From a virus: a stretch of 37,534 bases of DNA. The number at the start of each line of letters is the position of its first letter. Within the stretch, counting starts at the first letter, position 1. The notes under the pieces were generated by a model. That model ran no database searches. It was not told the origin of the DNA and worked only from the letters and a program-made list of their open reading frames with translations. The translations under genes and the position numbers were made by a program. Location: positions 1 to 37,534 of IMG/VR virus record IMGVR_UViG_3300032373_000053; one strand, 5' to 3'. Positions 9,110 to 17,841 of this stretch are shown one piece after another.

Positions 9110-9700
9110 ATGATGAACAATTCAATGTCATACGGGGCCGGAAATAATTACTACGATATGCTGGCCCGGTATGGCCGGGGTGGCGATACTGAATTAGCGC
9201 ACATTAACCCGCAAGAGGCTGAGATGCTCAAGCGAATGGGCGGCGCTGGAACAGTCAACCCGCAAACGGGCTTGCGTGAATTTTGGTCCTCTGGCCCCGG
9301 TGGCGAAGGCCCTGGTGATCCGGGATCAAGTTCTGACCCTGGCGGAACACGCGGCGGCTCTGGTCGGGGCTTGGCAGATACCCCAGCCGGCGATCCTAAC
9401 GCGCCAAACGCAAATGCAGCGAACGCAGCGGCCCACGCAGCGCGGGCGGAGGCGCAATCAAGGGCAACCCGAGGCCGTATTGGCTACTCATTAGCGCCCA
9501 TGACCCCCGCGCAAGCTACTGTCATGGGCATGTTATCTCAGGTGTCGACGCCGATGACTATCGGTATCAACGGAAAGGCGCATATGGGGCAGGTGGCAAC
9601 GCCTGATTTCAGCGGCGCAGATGACACTAACAGCGATCCAAATAGAAGCGGTTCGCCGCAGCTTAGTCGCTACATGCTCCGCCAAAACAGGCGATATTGA
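9110..9700 (+). CDS. Hypothetical protein (196 aa) with a Gly/Pro/Ser/Ala-rich low-complexity centre
   Basis: The N-terminus reads GDTELAHINPQEAEMLKRMGGAGTVNPQTGLREF, followed by GPGGEGPGDPGSSSDPGGTRGGSGRG and ANAANAAAHAARAEA. Confidence 0.6.
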   Translation: MMNNSMSYGAGNNYYDMLARYGRGGDTELAHINPQEAEMLKRMGGAGTVNPQTGLREFWSSGPGGEGPGDPGSSSDPGGTRGGSGRGLADTPAGDPNAPNANAANAAAHAARAEAQSRATRGRIGYSLAPMTPAQATVMGMLSQVSTPMTIGINGKAHMGQVATPDFSGADDTNSDPNRSGSPQLSRYMLRQNRRY

Positions 9701-9774
9701 CAGTTTGTTACAGTAACGTTATGTTTTAACCAGGTCGGAACGTCGGATGACGTGCCTATCCCATAGAAGGAATT

Positions 9775-10731
9775 TTGACAGTGAGTGACAGTGATCTAGA
9801 CGTAGTTCCCCAAGAAAGCGTCGTTGATTCCCCATCTTCATATGAATCTGCCGACAATGAACCAACCCCGAAAGAGGTTGTTCAAGCAGAGCCGGACGAG
9901 GACGGGCCTGTTTCGTTAGATCAGCCAGAACCCGAATCTGATGATGCCGAAGCGAAAGCCGAGGAAGAATCAGACGAAGGCGACGAGGAACCCGAGGTTA
10001 TAGAATTTGACTTTGGCGGAAACAAACTATCGGTGAATAAGGCGGACGTTCCGACCGAAGTCGCTGAGACGATTGATAAGTTTTCCAAAGATATTTGGGC
10101 TGATTATACGAAGAAGTCACAAGCCAACGCAGAAACCGCCAAGACGATCAAGGCCCGTGAGGAAACTCTTGCCAAGATCGAGACGTTGGGCGGAGATGCG
10201 TTGGAAGCCTTCACAAGAGGCAAAAGCATCAAAGCAGAAATTGAGCAACTTTCGCAAGTCAATATGCAAGCATTGTGGCAGTCCAACCCGGACCAAGCCC
10301 GGCAGCTTTCAGACCGACTCAGCGCAAAGCAGGCTGAATTGCAAAGCATCATCCAAGCCGTTGACCAGTACGAGCACGCCATCACTGAAAGCCGACAACA
10401 AGACGTTGCGCGGCGAGCAGAGGAAGGTAGGCAGGTTCTGGATCGCAAGTATAAGGGTTTCTCAACTGAGATTGCTCCGAAACTTGAGGCTTATGCAGTC
10501 GAAAACGGCATATCTCAAGATGAGGCGGCTACGTGGGCGTCTAATCCAACGGTGGCTGAATTTGCCTACAAGGCGATGCTTTACGATCAGATGCAGCAAG
10601 CGCGTAAACCGAAAGCGACTCCAAAACCATCAACGCCAGTACGGTCTATGCCTAACAAGGGCAGCAACCGACAATCAGCAAACCAAAACGATATGTCGTT
10701 TGGTGAGTTGGCGAAGGTTTTGGGTCTTTAG
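9775..10731 (+). CDS. Scaffolding protein (about 318 aa; non-ATG start TTG 9775 or GTG 9781)
   Basis: It lies immediately upstream of the coat gene. It has a very acidic N-terminus (DDAEAKAEEESDEGDEEPE) and then a helical, coiled-coil-like Q/E/K/A-rich body. AAGGA precedes the TTG. Confidence 0.65.
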   Translation: MTVSDSDLDVVPQESVVDSPSSYESADNEPTPKEVVQAEPDEDGPVSLDQPEPESDDAEAKAEEESDEGDEEPEVIEFDFGGNKLSVNKADVPTEVAETIDKFSKDIWADYTKKSQANAETAKTIKAREETLAKIETLGGDALEAFTRGKSIKAEIEQLSQVNMQALWQSNPDQARQLSDRLSAKQAELQSIIQAVDQYEHAITESRQQDVARRAEEGRQVLDRKYKGFSTEIAPKLEAYAVENGISQDEAATWASNPTVAEFAYKAMLYDQMQQARKPKATPKPSTPVRSMPNKGSNRQSANQNDMSFGELAKVLGL

Positions 10732-10756
10732 ATCTCAATTCTGAAAGGGTGTAGCT

Positions 10757-11980
10757 ATGACTACAAACGTAACTCTAACCGCTGACATCATCGCCAAAGC
10801 GGCTGTGATGCAGTTGGACAATAACCTGGTCATGGGAAAAAAGGTTTTCCGTGGCTATGAAGAAGAATTTGCGAAAAACATTAACGGTTATGAGGTCGGT
10901 TCTTCAATCACGATTCGCCGTCCTATGGACTTCACTGTTCGCGATGGCGCAACGATGAATGTTCAAGACGTGACCGAAGGCAAGTTGACCATGAGCGTCG
11001 ACCAACGCAAAGGCGTTGATTTTGCTTTCACGTCGCAGGACTTAACTTTAAACATCAAGCAGCTTTCAGAGCGGGTTATTAAGCCAGCAATGATTCAGCT
11101 TGCCAACCAGATCGACCGCGATTTGATGGCTCTTTATGCCAAAGTACCAAATTGGGTCGGTACTCCAGGGCAGACCATCAACAGTAACCAGGACTTTTCG
11201 AAAGGCCCGGAACGGCTGGACGAATTGGCAATCCCGATGGATGGCCGCTGTGCTGTTCTATCGCCTGCCGATCATTGGGGCCTTGTTGGTGCTCAAACCA
11301 GTTTGTTGAATGACAAGCTAGTTGGTGACGCTTATCGGAACGGCTCTCTTGGTATGATTGGCGGCGTTGATACTTACATGAGCCAGAACGTGCCTACGCA
11401 CACGGTCGGCGCTGATGTAACCACTGTAACGGTCAACCAATCGGTCACGACTTCGACCATTTCCTACACGGATGTTAAAGATTCCGACCAGCAAACAATC
11501 ACCATTGCAGGCGGCGACCTTAACGCAGGCGACGTGTTCACAATTGCTGACGTGTATGAAGTCAATCCGGTTTCCAAGGTATCGACGGGCACTCTAAAGC
11601 AGTTCACGGTGGTTTCTTATGCCGCGAACAGTTTGGTGTTCTCGCCTGCTATCGTCTGGACCGGTGCGCATCAATCGGCGGCCATTACGTCTGGCGTGAC
11701 TGACCTGAATACCAAAGCGATCGTCGCCAAGGGTACGGCAGCCACGGCATACCGTCAGAACATGATTTTCCGCAAAGATGCCTTTGCATTGGTCACTGTT
11801 CCTTTGGTTGCCCCTCCGGGTGCTGTTGACGTTTCGCGTCAGTCGTACAAGGGCTGCAATGTTCGCGTCATCCCTGTTTACGACGGCACGAACGATGTTA
11901 GCAAATGGCGTCTTGATATTCTCTACGGTGTGAAAGCCGTTGACCCTCGTCAGGCCGTTCGTCTTTCTGGCACAGCATAA
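10757..11980 (+). CDS. Major capsid protein, P22 coat-like family (407 aa)
   Basis: The N-terminus ADIIAKAAVMQLDNNLVMGKKVFRGYEEEFAKNINGYEVGSSITIRRP matches the pattern I associate with P22-type coat proteins. Size and position also fit. Confidence 0.8.
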   Translation: MTTNVTLTADIIAKAAVMQLDNNLVMGKKVFRGYEEEFAKNINGYEVGSSITIRRPMDFTVRDGATMNVQDVTEGKLTMSVDQRKGVDFAFTSQDLTLNIKQLSERVIKPAMIQLANQIDRDLMALYAKVPNWVGTPGQTINSNQDFSKGPERLDELAIPMDGRCAVLSPADHWGLVGAQTSLLNDKLVGDAYRNGSLGMIGGVDTYMSQNVPTHTVGADVTTVTVNQSVTTSTISYTDVKDSDQQTITIAGGDLNAGDVFTIADVYEVNPVSKVSTGTLKQFTVVSYAANSLVFSPAIVWTGAHQSAAITSGVTDLNTKAIVAKGTAATAYRQNMIFRKDAFALVTVPLVAPPGAVDVSRQSYKGCNVRVIPVYDGTNDVSKWRLDILYGVKAVDPRQAVRLSGTA

Positions 11981-11992
11981 GGAACCTGAATC

Positions 11993-12220
11993 ATGTCAGC
12001 CACTTCGAACACAACGACCAACACTGAATTTGTTGGTGATGGTAACTCGGTCGGGACCGTTCTCGGTCAAACAGCCTCGGAACTCGTCGGGTTCCACGGC
12101 GCAACCCCGTCTGATCAGTACGCAGTCGTCACAAACACGACTGGTACGTTGGGCAACACAAACACGGCAGTTTCTGCTATCATTGCGTTGCTGCAAGAAA
12201 AAGGGCTTATGGCTACTTAG
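11993..12220 (+). CDS. Thr/Asn/Ser/Gly-rich 75-aa protein (possible capsid-associated protein)
   Basis: AAGGAA RBS. The sequence is MSATSNTTTNTEFVGDGNS...VVTNTTGTLGNTNTAVSAI. It lies directly after the coat gene. Confidence 0.6.
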   Translation: MSATSNTTTNTEFVGDGNSVGTVLGQTASELVGFHGATPSDQYAVVTNTTGTLGNTNTAVSAIIALLQEKGLMAT

Positions 12221-12223
12221 GTC

Positions 12224-12925
12224 ATGCCCAAACTGACCATTCACGCTGAGTGCTGTTGTTCGCCTGAGAAAAGGGCGGCCAACACGCTCCGGTCAGAAGG
12301 ATGCCCGTCACCGCCGCCGATTAAGGGAAACCTTGCGGTAGTTGGTGGCGGGCCTTCTGTTTTAGATTACGTTGACGAATTACAAAATTTTGACGGCGAG
12401 ATTTGGGCTATTAATGGGGCTTATAATTGGTGCCGAGAGCATGGAATTAATTGCACCTTGTTTAGCGTTGATCCTGACCCGTTGATGGTTCCGCTTTGTC
12501 ATGGCGCAGAGCGGGCAATTTTTGCGGCTCATTGTGACTTTGGGTGCTTTGAATCCGTTGATGAGGTTTATCGATATGAAAAAGACGTTCCAGGCCCTAC
12601 AAGCGCCGTGGCTGCGTGTTTCATGTCTATGGACCTTGGTGCCGACCATGTGTTATTTTATGGATGTGAAAGCAGTTACGGCGGGCAGACGCATATTTAC
12701 GGGGATCAACCCCTGAATAACTCCCTGGTTCGAATCGAAATTGGCGGTGATGTTTTTCTCACTAAGTTAGAATTGATATTACAAGTTGAACAAATGTCTG
12801 CGGTCTTTCGTCGGTTTCCCGATAGGTTCACAGATAAAAGCGGCGGATTTTTAGGCATGGCTGTTGCTGGATTGGATTATGACGTAACGCACGTTCATAA
12901 GAGTATGGAGGTCACGGCAATATGA
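12224..12925 (+). CDS. DUF115/MptE-like (Maf-type glycosyltransferase-like) protein (233 aa)
   Basis: LAVVGGGPSVLDYVDEL...IWAINGAYNWCREHGINCTLFSVDPDP and GPTSAVAACFMSMDLGADHVLFYGCES resemble the GxGPS...D.D and G.s...A...a..lGa..i.l.G.D layout of DUF115. The gene is more AT-rich than its neighbours. Confidence 0.5.
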   Translation: MPKLTIHAECCCSPEKRAANTLRSEGCPSPPPIKGNLAVVGGGPSVLDYVDELQNFDGEIWAINGAYNWCREHGINCTLFSVDPDPLMVPLCHGAERAIFAAHCDFGCFESVDEVYRYEKDVPGPTSAVAACFMSMDLGADHVLFYGCESSYGGQTHIYGDQPLNNSLVRIEIGGDVFLTKLELILQVEQMSAVFRRFPDRFTDKSGGFLGMAVAGLDYDVTHVHKSMEVTAI

Positions 12926-13140
12926 GAAAGATTTATAACATCGTCGGCACGAACGTATCAGAGGCATGGATCGGTCAGACCGCCCCTGTTCCTGATGGCT
13001 GGCATCTGGACACGGCCTCTGCGTTAGCCGCGAGGACTGATCGACGTGAGGTTGATCGCGTCGTTATGACTAATAATCAGCCAGATATGAATGAGGCATT
13101 TTCTCCGCCGCGCAAGCGTGGCCGTCCTAAAAAGGGTTGA
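12922..13140 (+). CDS. Hypothetical 72-aa protein with an AT-hook-like C-terminus
   Basis: ATGA overlap with the upstream gene. The protein ends PPRKRGRPKKG. Confidence 0.55.
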   Translation: MRKIYNIVGTNVSEAWIGQTAPVPDGWHLDTASALAARTDRREVDRVVMTNNQPDMNEAFSPPRKRGRPKKG

Positions 13141-13143
13141 ATT

Positions 13144-13866
13144 ATGACTTTGCTATCAATCGTTAACGGCATTGCGGATTATACAAGCGGACCTCGTCCT
13201 GCGTCGATTGCGGGCAATACCAACCCGGACGCCCAAAACTACCTACGGGTCGTGAATAAGGTCGGCAAAAAGCTGATGAAGGTTTACCCGTGGAACATTC
13301 TGCGTAAGGAAAACACGTTTACGGCTGGCGGAACGGAAACCCTCGTCGCGGCTGCGTCTATGCCGTCTGACTTTGATCGGTTTATAGCTGAGACGTTTTG
13401 GGACCAAGGTACTGCTAGATTAGTGTCCGGGCCGATCTCTGCAACGGAATGGCGCGGCTTGAAGGCGTCGTCTTATAACGGCGATGAGATTAAATTTATT
13501 TATCGCGGCGGTGACATTCTCGCTACGCCGACGGTAGGTAGCGGAAGTTCGATGGTGTTTGAGTATATCTCAAATCAGTATGTCGAAAGCAACGCTGCAG
13601 CGCCGCAAACGTCATTTCAAGCTGATACCGACGTGTCGATCCTCGATGAAGAATTGATAACCCTGGCGGCGACTTACGACTGGTTGGCTTCCGAAAGCCT
13701 GCCATCGAATGCGGCGTTTAAGGACTTCAAGGATTATTTCGATATGTTACAGGATAATGAGAACGCTACGGCTATGATTGCGGTCGCTGGTGACATCTTC
13801 TCCCGTGATAGCCGACACTTCTCAGGTGCGCCGGTTGCGTCTCGAACAACCGTTTATTCATACTAG
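13144..13866 (+). CDS. Hypothetical virion protein (240 aa), possible head-tail adaptor
   Basis: Its position downstream of the coat module is the only basis. No motif is recognised, so the function is positional inference. Confidence 0.6.
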   Translation: MTLLSIVNGIADYTSGPRPASIAGNTNPDAQNYLRVVNKVGKKLMKVYPWNILRKENTFTAGGTETLVAAASMPSDFDRFIAETFWDQGTARLVSGPISATEWRGLKASSYNGDEIKFIYRGGDILATPTVGSGSSMVFEYISNQYVESNAAAPQTSFQADTDVSILDEELITLAATYDWLASESLPSNAAFKDFKDYFDMLQDNENATAMIAVAGDIFSRDSRHFSGAPVASRTTVYSY

Positions 13867-13874
13867 GTGACACC

Positions 13875-15071
13875 ATGCCTGATATACGCGATGCCATGCT
13901 CGGCAAGCCATACCAGCCACGCAGCGCACGGGCTAGGTCTCTGGCGGCGACACCACGCGAATTTGCTATGGAGCAGTTTGGACTAGACCCTACGCTAGAC
14001 AGGGCGACGTTGTGGCCGTGGGCGACAGGGCAAGACGGTTTAGAGTTTGCCATTCCCGAGATGGGTGTGGAGTTTCTAACGGCGGTCGGTATGCCTGATT
14101 ACGCATTGCGCGGCGGGAATATTACACCAGAAGACGCTTTTAATTCCGCACTGAGTATTAGCGGCGGTGGTTTGGCTGCGAGTGCTGCAACCCGGTCAGT
14201 GCCGCGAGGTGCTTTGGGCGCTAACGTATGGCAGGGCGGGCCTCACAAGTATGGACCGGAAGGGGCAGCGAAGTCACTTGACCACATCAGCAAGGGCGAA
14301 GGCGCGCAGGCTTATGGCTGGGGGCGGTATGATGCTGAAAACAAGGCCGTTGCTCAAGAATACGAGCGGGCGCTAGGCGTCCAAAACAAGCTAATAGCAG
14401 TTTATGGGCATCCTGATTTCCCGAGTCATCATGTTGTCATGCGCGGGGAGGAGGTTTTATCAAAGCACAAAACGGCGGAGGCCGCGAATAGGGCATTATC
14501 TAAATTCCCGGCTGTTTCTAGCAACCTCTACAAGCACGACCTACCCGACGAGGACATAGCGCGGTATCTGGATTGGGACGCGCCGCTGAGTGAGCAGCCG
14601 GAAGCTATGCAAGCAGTTCAAAAAGCGTGGATGTCAAGGTATGGCGACGACCAGGACGCTAATTTGTTGCGTGAACTTCTTGGAGATAGCGGCGAAAGCC
14701 TTTCTATGAATGATATGGATATGTTCAACGAGGGGAAAGGCGCCGCTGCTTACAAGGCGCTAACCGGGCGCTTCGGGTCAGACCAAGCCGCCTCCGAAGC
14801 CCTAGCCAAAGCAGGCATCCCCGGCCTTAAATACTATGACGGCATGAGCCGAGGTGCTCGGGGCAAATGGGACATTCAGTCCCCCGCCGAAAATACAACG
14901 GGGAAATGGCGCGTAAAGCAATTCGGTGGCGCGAATGCTCAAACATTTGACACGGAAAGCGCGGCGAGGGATTTCCTGGCGCAAAATGCCCCAACCCGCA
15001 ACTTCGTCACATGGGATCAAGACGTTCTAAACCGCATGAAGCTGTTAGAGCGCAACGGGGAAACATTCTGA
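13875..15071 (+). CDS. Hypothetical protein (398 aa)
   Basis: AGGTGA RBS. A long ORF in the structural block. Confidence 0.65.
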   Translation: MPDIRDAMLGKPYQPRSARARSLAATPREFAMEQFGLDPTLDRATLWPWATGQDGLEFAIPEMGVEFLTAVGMPDYALRGGNITPEDAFNSALSISGGGLAASAATRSVPRGALGANVWQGGPHKYGPEGAAKSLDHISKGEGAQAYGWGRYDAENKAVAQEYERALGVQNKLIAVYGHPDFPSHHVVMRGEEVLSKHKTAEAANRALSKFPAVSSNLYKHDLPDEDIARYLDWDAPLSEQPEAMQAVQKAWMSRYGDDQDANLLRELLGDSGESLSMNDMDMFNEGKGAAAYKALTGRFGSDQAASEALAKAGIPGLKYYDGMSRGARGKWDIQSPAENTTGKWRVKQFGGANAQTFDTESAARDFLAQNAPTRNFVTWDQDVLNRMKLLERNGETF

Positions 15072-15577
15072 TGGCAATGATTAAACCAAAACATTCAGTT
15101 TATGATTTGTTGATTGATGGCCTTATTGAAAGGTTTTCGCGTCATTACAAAAACGACCCTATCTCTGGTTGTTGGGTGTGGACTTCTGGACTTAATAAAT
15201 ATGGGTATGGCAAGTTCAAACTTGCTGGAAAGACTTTGATAGCGTCGCGGGCTGCAAAAGAAATTTTCCACGGTATGCCGGACGATTCAGATATGTTAGC
15301 GCTTCATAAATGCGACAACCCATCCTGTGTAAATCCCAAACATATTTATTGGGGGACTGCGAAAGATAATGCTGAGGATATTGATCGTAGGAATAGGAGA
15401 GTAACGCTAAGGGGCGAGGATGCGCCGTGGTCAAAGCTTACTGAAAAAGATGTTTTTGAGATAAGGTATTTAATTAAGAATAAAAAGATGTCGCAAAATT
15501 TGATTGCCGAAAAGTTTGATATGTCTCAGGAGGCGATTAGTAAAATTAAACGCCGCCTAACTTGGGGTCACCTATGA
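15071..15577 (+). CDS. HNH homing endonuclease with a C-terminal HTH (168 aa)
   Basis: SGCWVWTSGLNKYGYGKF...ALHKCDNPSCVNPKHIYWGTAKDN is an HNH_3-type motif. The C-terminal LIAEKFDMSQEAISKIKRR looks like an HTH. The gene is AT-rich and wedged between two structural ORFs (TGATG and ATGA overlaps). Confidence 0.8.
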   Translation: MAMIKPKHSVYDLLIDGLIERFSRHYKNDPISGCWVWTSGLNKYGYGKFKLAGKTLIASRAAKEIFHGMPDDSDMLALHKCDNPSCVNPKHIYWGTAKDNAEDIDRRNRRVTLRGEDAPWSKLTEKDVFEIRYLIKNKKMSQNLIAEKFDMSQEAISKIKRRLTWGHL

Positions 15578-17082
15578 TGTCTAGTTCTGTAGCAATGCCG
15601 CCCCCGGTCGGAGGCTGGGACGAGCGCGAATCTCTTGCAGACATGCCAGAGGACCACGCCGTTAAGATGGAAAACTGGTTTCCGTCCACGGATAAGGTGA
15701 CGGTTCGCCGGGGCTGTGAAAGTTACGCTACCGGGATGAGCGGTAATGTTGAAACGCTAATCGACTATGTTCCGCCAACGGGTGACGGTGAGATGTTCGC
15801 GGCGAACGGTGGTAATATCTACGACGTGACGACCTCTGGCGCGATTGGCGCTGCGGTGGTTACAGGCATGACGAATAACAGATGGCAACATACGCAGATT
15901 GGAACCGCTGCCGGAAACTTTGCTATATTGGTAAACGGTGCGGACGCTCCGAGGGTTTACAACGGCTCAACGTGGGGCACGACCCCGGCTATCACAGGGC
16001 CAACGGTCGCTAATCTTGCATGGTGTAACGTCCATCAACGGAGGTTATGGGTCGGTGAGAAAGATAGCCTTTCGGCCTGGTATCTTGATGTTAATAACGT
16101 TGGCGGCGCTGGAACAGAGTTCAGCCTTGCGGGTATTGCCAAATTAGGCGGCTACATTATGGCCATGGGGACCTGGACGAGGGATGGCGGTGACGGGCTG
16201 GACGATGTTGCGGTGTTTATTACGAGCGAGGGCGAGGCCGTTGTCTATCAGGGCACTGACCCTGCTGCCGTAAGCACATGGGCGTTAACTGGCGTTTTTC
16301 GCATCGGTAAGCCTCTAGGCCGTCGGTGCTATGTCAAGGCCGGGTCTGATATTATTATTATGACGCAGGACGGATTTGTTCCGTTATCCTCGATTCTGTC
16401 TGTTGACCGCTCACAGTCTCGCCTTGTCGCCTTGTCAGACCAAATCAGTAAGGCCGTCAACGACGCTGTTCGACTGTATAAGAGCAATTTTGGGTGGCAG
16501 CCTATCGTTTATCCAAAAGGCACCTATGTGCTGTTTAACGTGCCTGTTTCATCGGCATCGGAGCAATATGTATTTAATACCATTACCGGCGCGCCTTGTA
16601 AGTTCACGGGCCAAAATGCCCTTTGCTGGGGTATGCTGAACGATGATATTTATTTTGGCACAACTGTAGGGACTATTTGCAAAGCAGACACAGGGGCCAG
16701 TGATGACGGCGAAGACATAGCGGCGGATTGCATCCAGGCGTTTAGCTATTTTGGAAGTCCGCAGGCTCGAAAAGTATTTAAGATGGTGGAATGCGTCTTT
16801 GAGAGCGACGGCGACCCTAACGCTGCAATAGATTGGAATGTTGATTTTAATTTAGCCAACCCAACGGCAACGGCGCAATCGTCGCCTGTTAATTCCGCTC
16901 GGTGGGGTATATCTCGATGGGGTATAGGCACTTGGGGCACCGACGGGCAGATATATAAAGGCTGGCGCGGGGTGCGCGGCGTAGGCCGTTCGGGGTCCGT
17001 TCGTGTGCGAATAAATACTAATTCAGCGCAGCCGTCTTGGATATCAACGAACGTGATTTATGAAAGAGGCGGGGCACTTTGA
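15574..17082 (+). CDS. Hypothetical virion protein (502 aa), possible neck/tail component
   Basis: ATG 15574 overlaps the HNH stop. A large beta-rich ORF; the function is positional inference only. Confidence 0.65.
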   Translation: MMSSSVAMPPPVGGWDERESLADMPEDHAVKMENWFPSTDKVTVRRGCESYATGMSGNVETLIDYVPPTGDGEMFAANGGNIYDVTTSGAIGAAVVTGMTNNRWQHTQIGTAAGNFAILVNGADAPRVYNGSTWGTTPAITGPTVANLAWCNVHQRRLWVGEKDSLSAWYLDVNNVGGAGTEFSLAGIAKLGGYIMAMGTWTRDGGDGLDDVAVFITSEGEAVVYQGTDPAAVSTWALTGVFRIGKPLGRRCYVKAGSDIIIMTQDGFVPLSSILSVDRSQSRLVALSDQISKAVNDAVRLYKSNFGWQPIVYPKGTYVLFNVPVSSASEQYVFNTITGAPCKFTGQNALCWGMLNDDIYFGTTVGTICKADTGASDDGEDIAADCIQAFSYFGSPQARKVFKMVECVFESDGDPNAAIDWNVDFNLANPTATAQSSPVNSARWGISRWGIGTWGTDGQIYKGWRGVRGVGRSGSVRVRINTNSAQPSWISTNVIYERGGAL

Positions 17083-17513
17083 CGGTCATCGTTTCCGGTT
17101 ATACGGATAAGGTCGCGCCATGGGTCGCGCATCATATTCCGCACGTTACCGACTTTGGACCATGCGAGGCGTTGGCTGTGATGCGGGGCGATTATATCAT
17201 TGCAGGGGTTGTTTATCACGACTACCAACCGACTTGCGACAGTATCCAGTTAAGCATGGCCGCAGTTAGTCCGCGATGGGCGAAAAAGGAAATCATCGCA
17301 GGGTTGTTGAAATATCCGTTTGAACAGCTTGGATGTTATAGGCTTTTTACGGCGACACCTATAGACAACGAAAAAGCATTAAAGGTGAATGTTCACATCG
17401 GATTTACGCGGGAGGCCGTCTTGCATAGCGCCTTTGGAAAGAATAGACACTGCGTAATAATGCGTATGCTTTTACCAGGTTACAATAAATTCATTCAGTC
17501 TTGTAATGTTTGA
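17079..17513 (+). CDS. GNAT-like N-acetyltransferase fold protein (144 aa; TTG start)
   Basis: WAKKEIIAGLLKYPFEQLGCYRLFTATPIDNEKALKVNVHIGFTREAVL resembles the motif A/B region of RimJ/RimL-type GNATs. TTGA overlaps the upstream stop, and AGAGGCGGGG lies upstream. Confidence 0.45.
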   Translation: MTVIVSGYTDKVAPWVAHHIPHVTDFGPCEALAVMRGDYIIAGVVYHDYQPTCDSIQLSMAAVSPRWAKKEIIAGLLKYPFEQLGCYRLFTATPIDNEKALKVNVHIGFTREAVLHSAFGKNRHCVIMRMLLPGYNKFIQSCNV

Positions 17514-17577
17514 GCCACAAAATTCAATTCCCTCACACGAACGGCGGCGTAATACCAACCCCGCGCACAAAGAGAAA

Positions 17578-17604
17578 TCCCGGTCAGCTCGTCACTGGCC
17601 GGGA
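17578..17604 (+). terminator. Stem-loop after the GNAT-like gene (weak terminator candidate)
   Basis: TCCCGGTCAG (17578-17587), a 7-nt loop, then CTGGCCGGGA (17595-17604). This gives 10 bp with one G-U pair. Only a weak CTTTCTC tract follows. Confidence 0.3.
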
Positions 17605-17688
17605 CAGGCTTTCTCAAATCAAACTCAACCCCTTTGTGAAAGGGCATTGAAACATGACTATACACGACACTACTCAACAACTCAATAG

Positions 17689-17717
17689 TTGATTGATGTA
17701 ATGTTGTGTATTATGAT
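17689..17717 (+). promoter_or_regulatory. Sigma70-like promoter candidate for the internal-protein, tail-fibre and lysis genes
   Basis: TTGATT (17689-17694), a 17-nt spacer, then TATGAT (17712-17717), inside a 328-bp non-coding gap. Confidence 0.4.
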
Positions 17718-17841
17718 TAAAGGACGTTTCATATAGGCTATCTGATAGCAGTATGTAATTCAATGTTCGGCAAGGGTCGCCACGGCGTCCTAATGCGGTT
17801 TTTAGAACCTGATTACAAGCGACTATATGAAAGATTAGCCC

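Noticed and set aside
10073-10744. A 223-aa alternative-frame ORF entirely inside the scaffold gene.
   Set aside because: It is an R/K/S-rich, low-complexity translation, typical of the off-frame of a GAA/AAG/GCA-rich coiled-coil gene. It has no RBS and no gene-packing logic.
17506-17688. A 60-aa basic ORF in the gap after the GNAT-like gene, plus the antisense ORFs 17495..17680 and 17674..17910.
   Set aside because: They have no RBS and odd composition, and the region contains hairpins and a promoter-like element. I treat it as non-coding.
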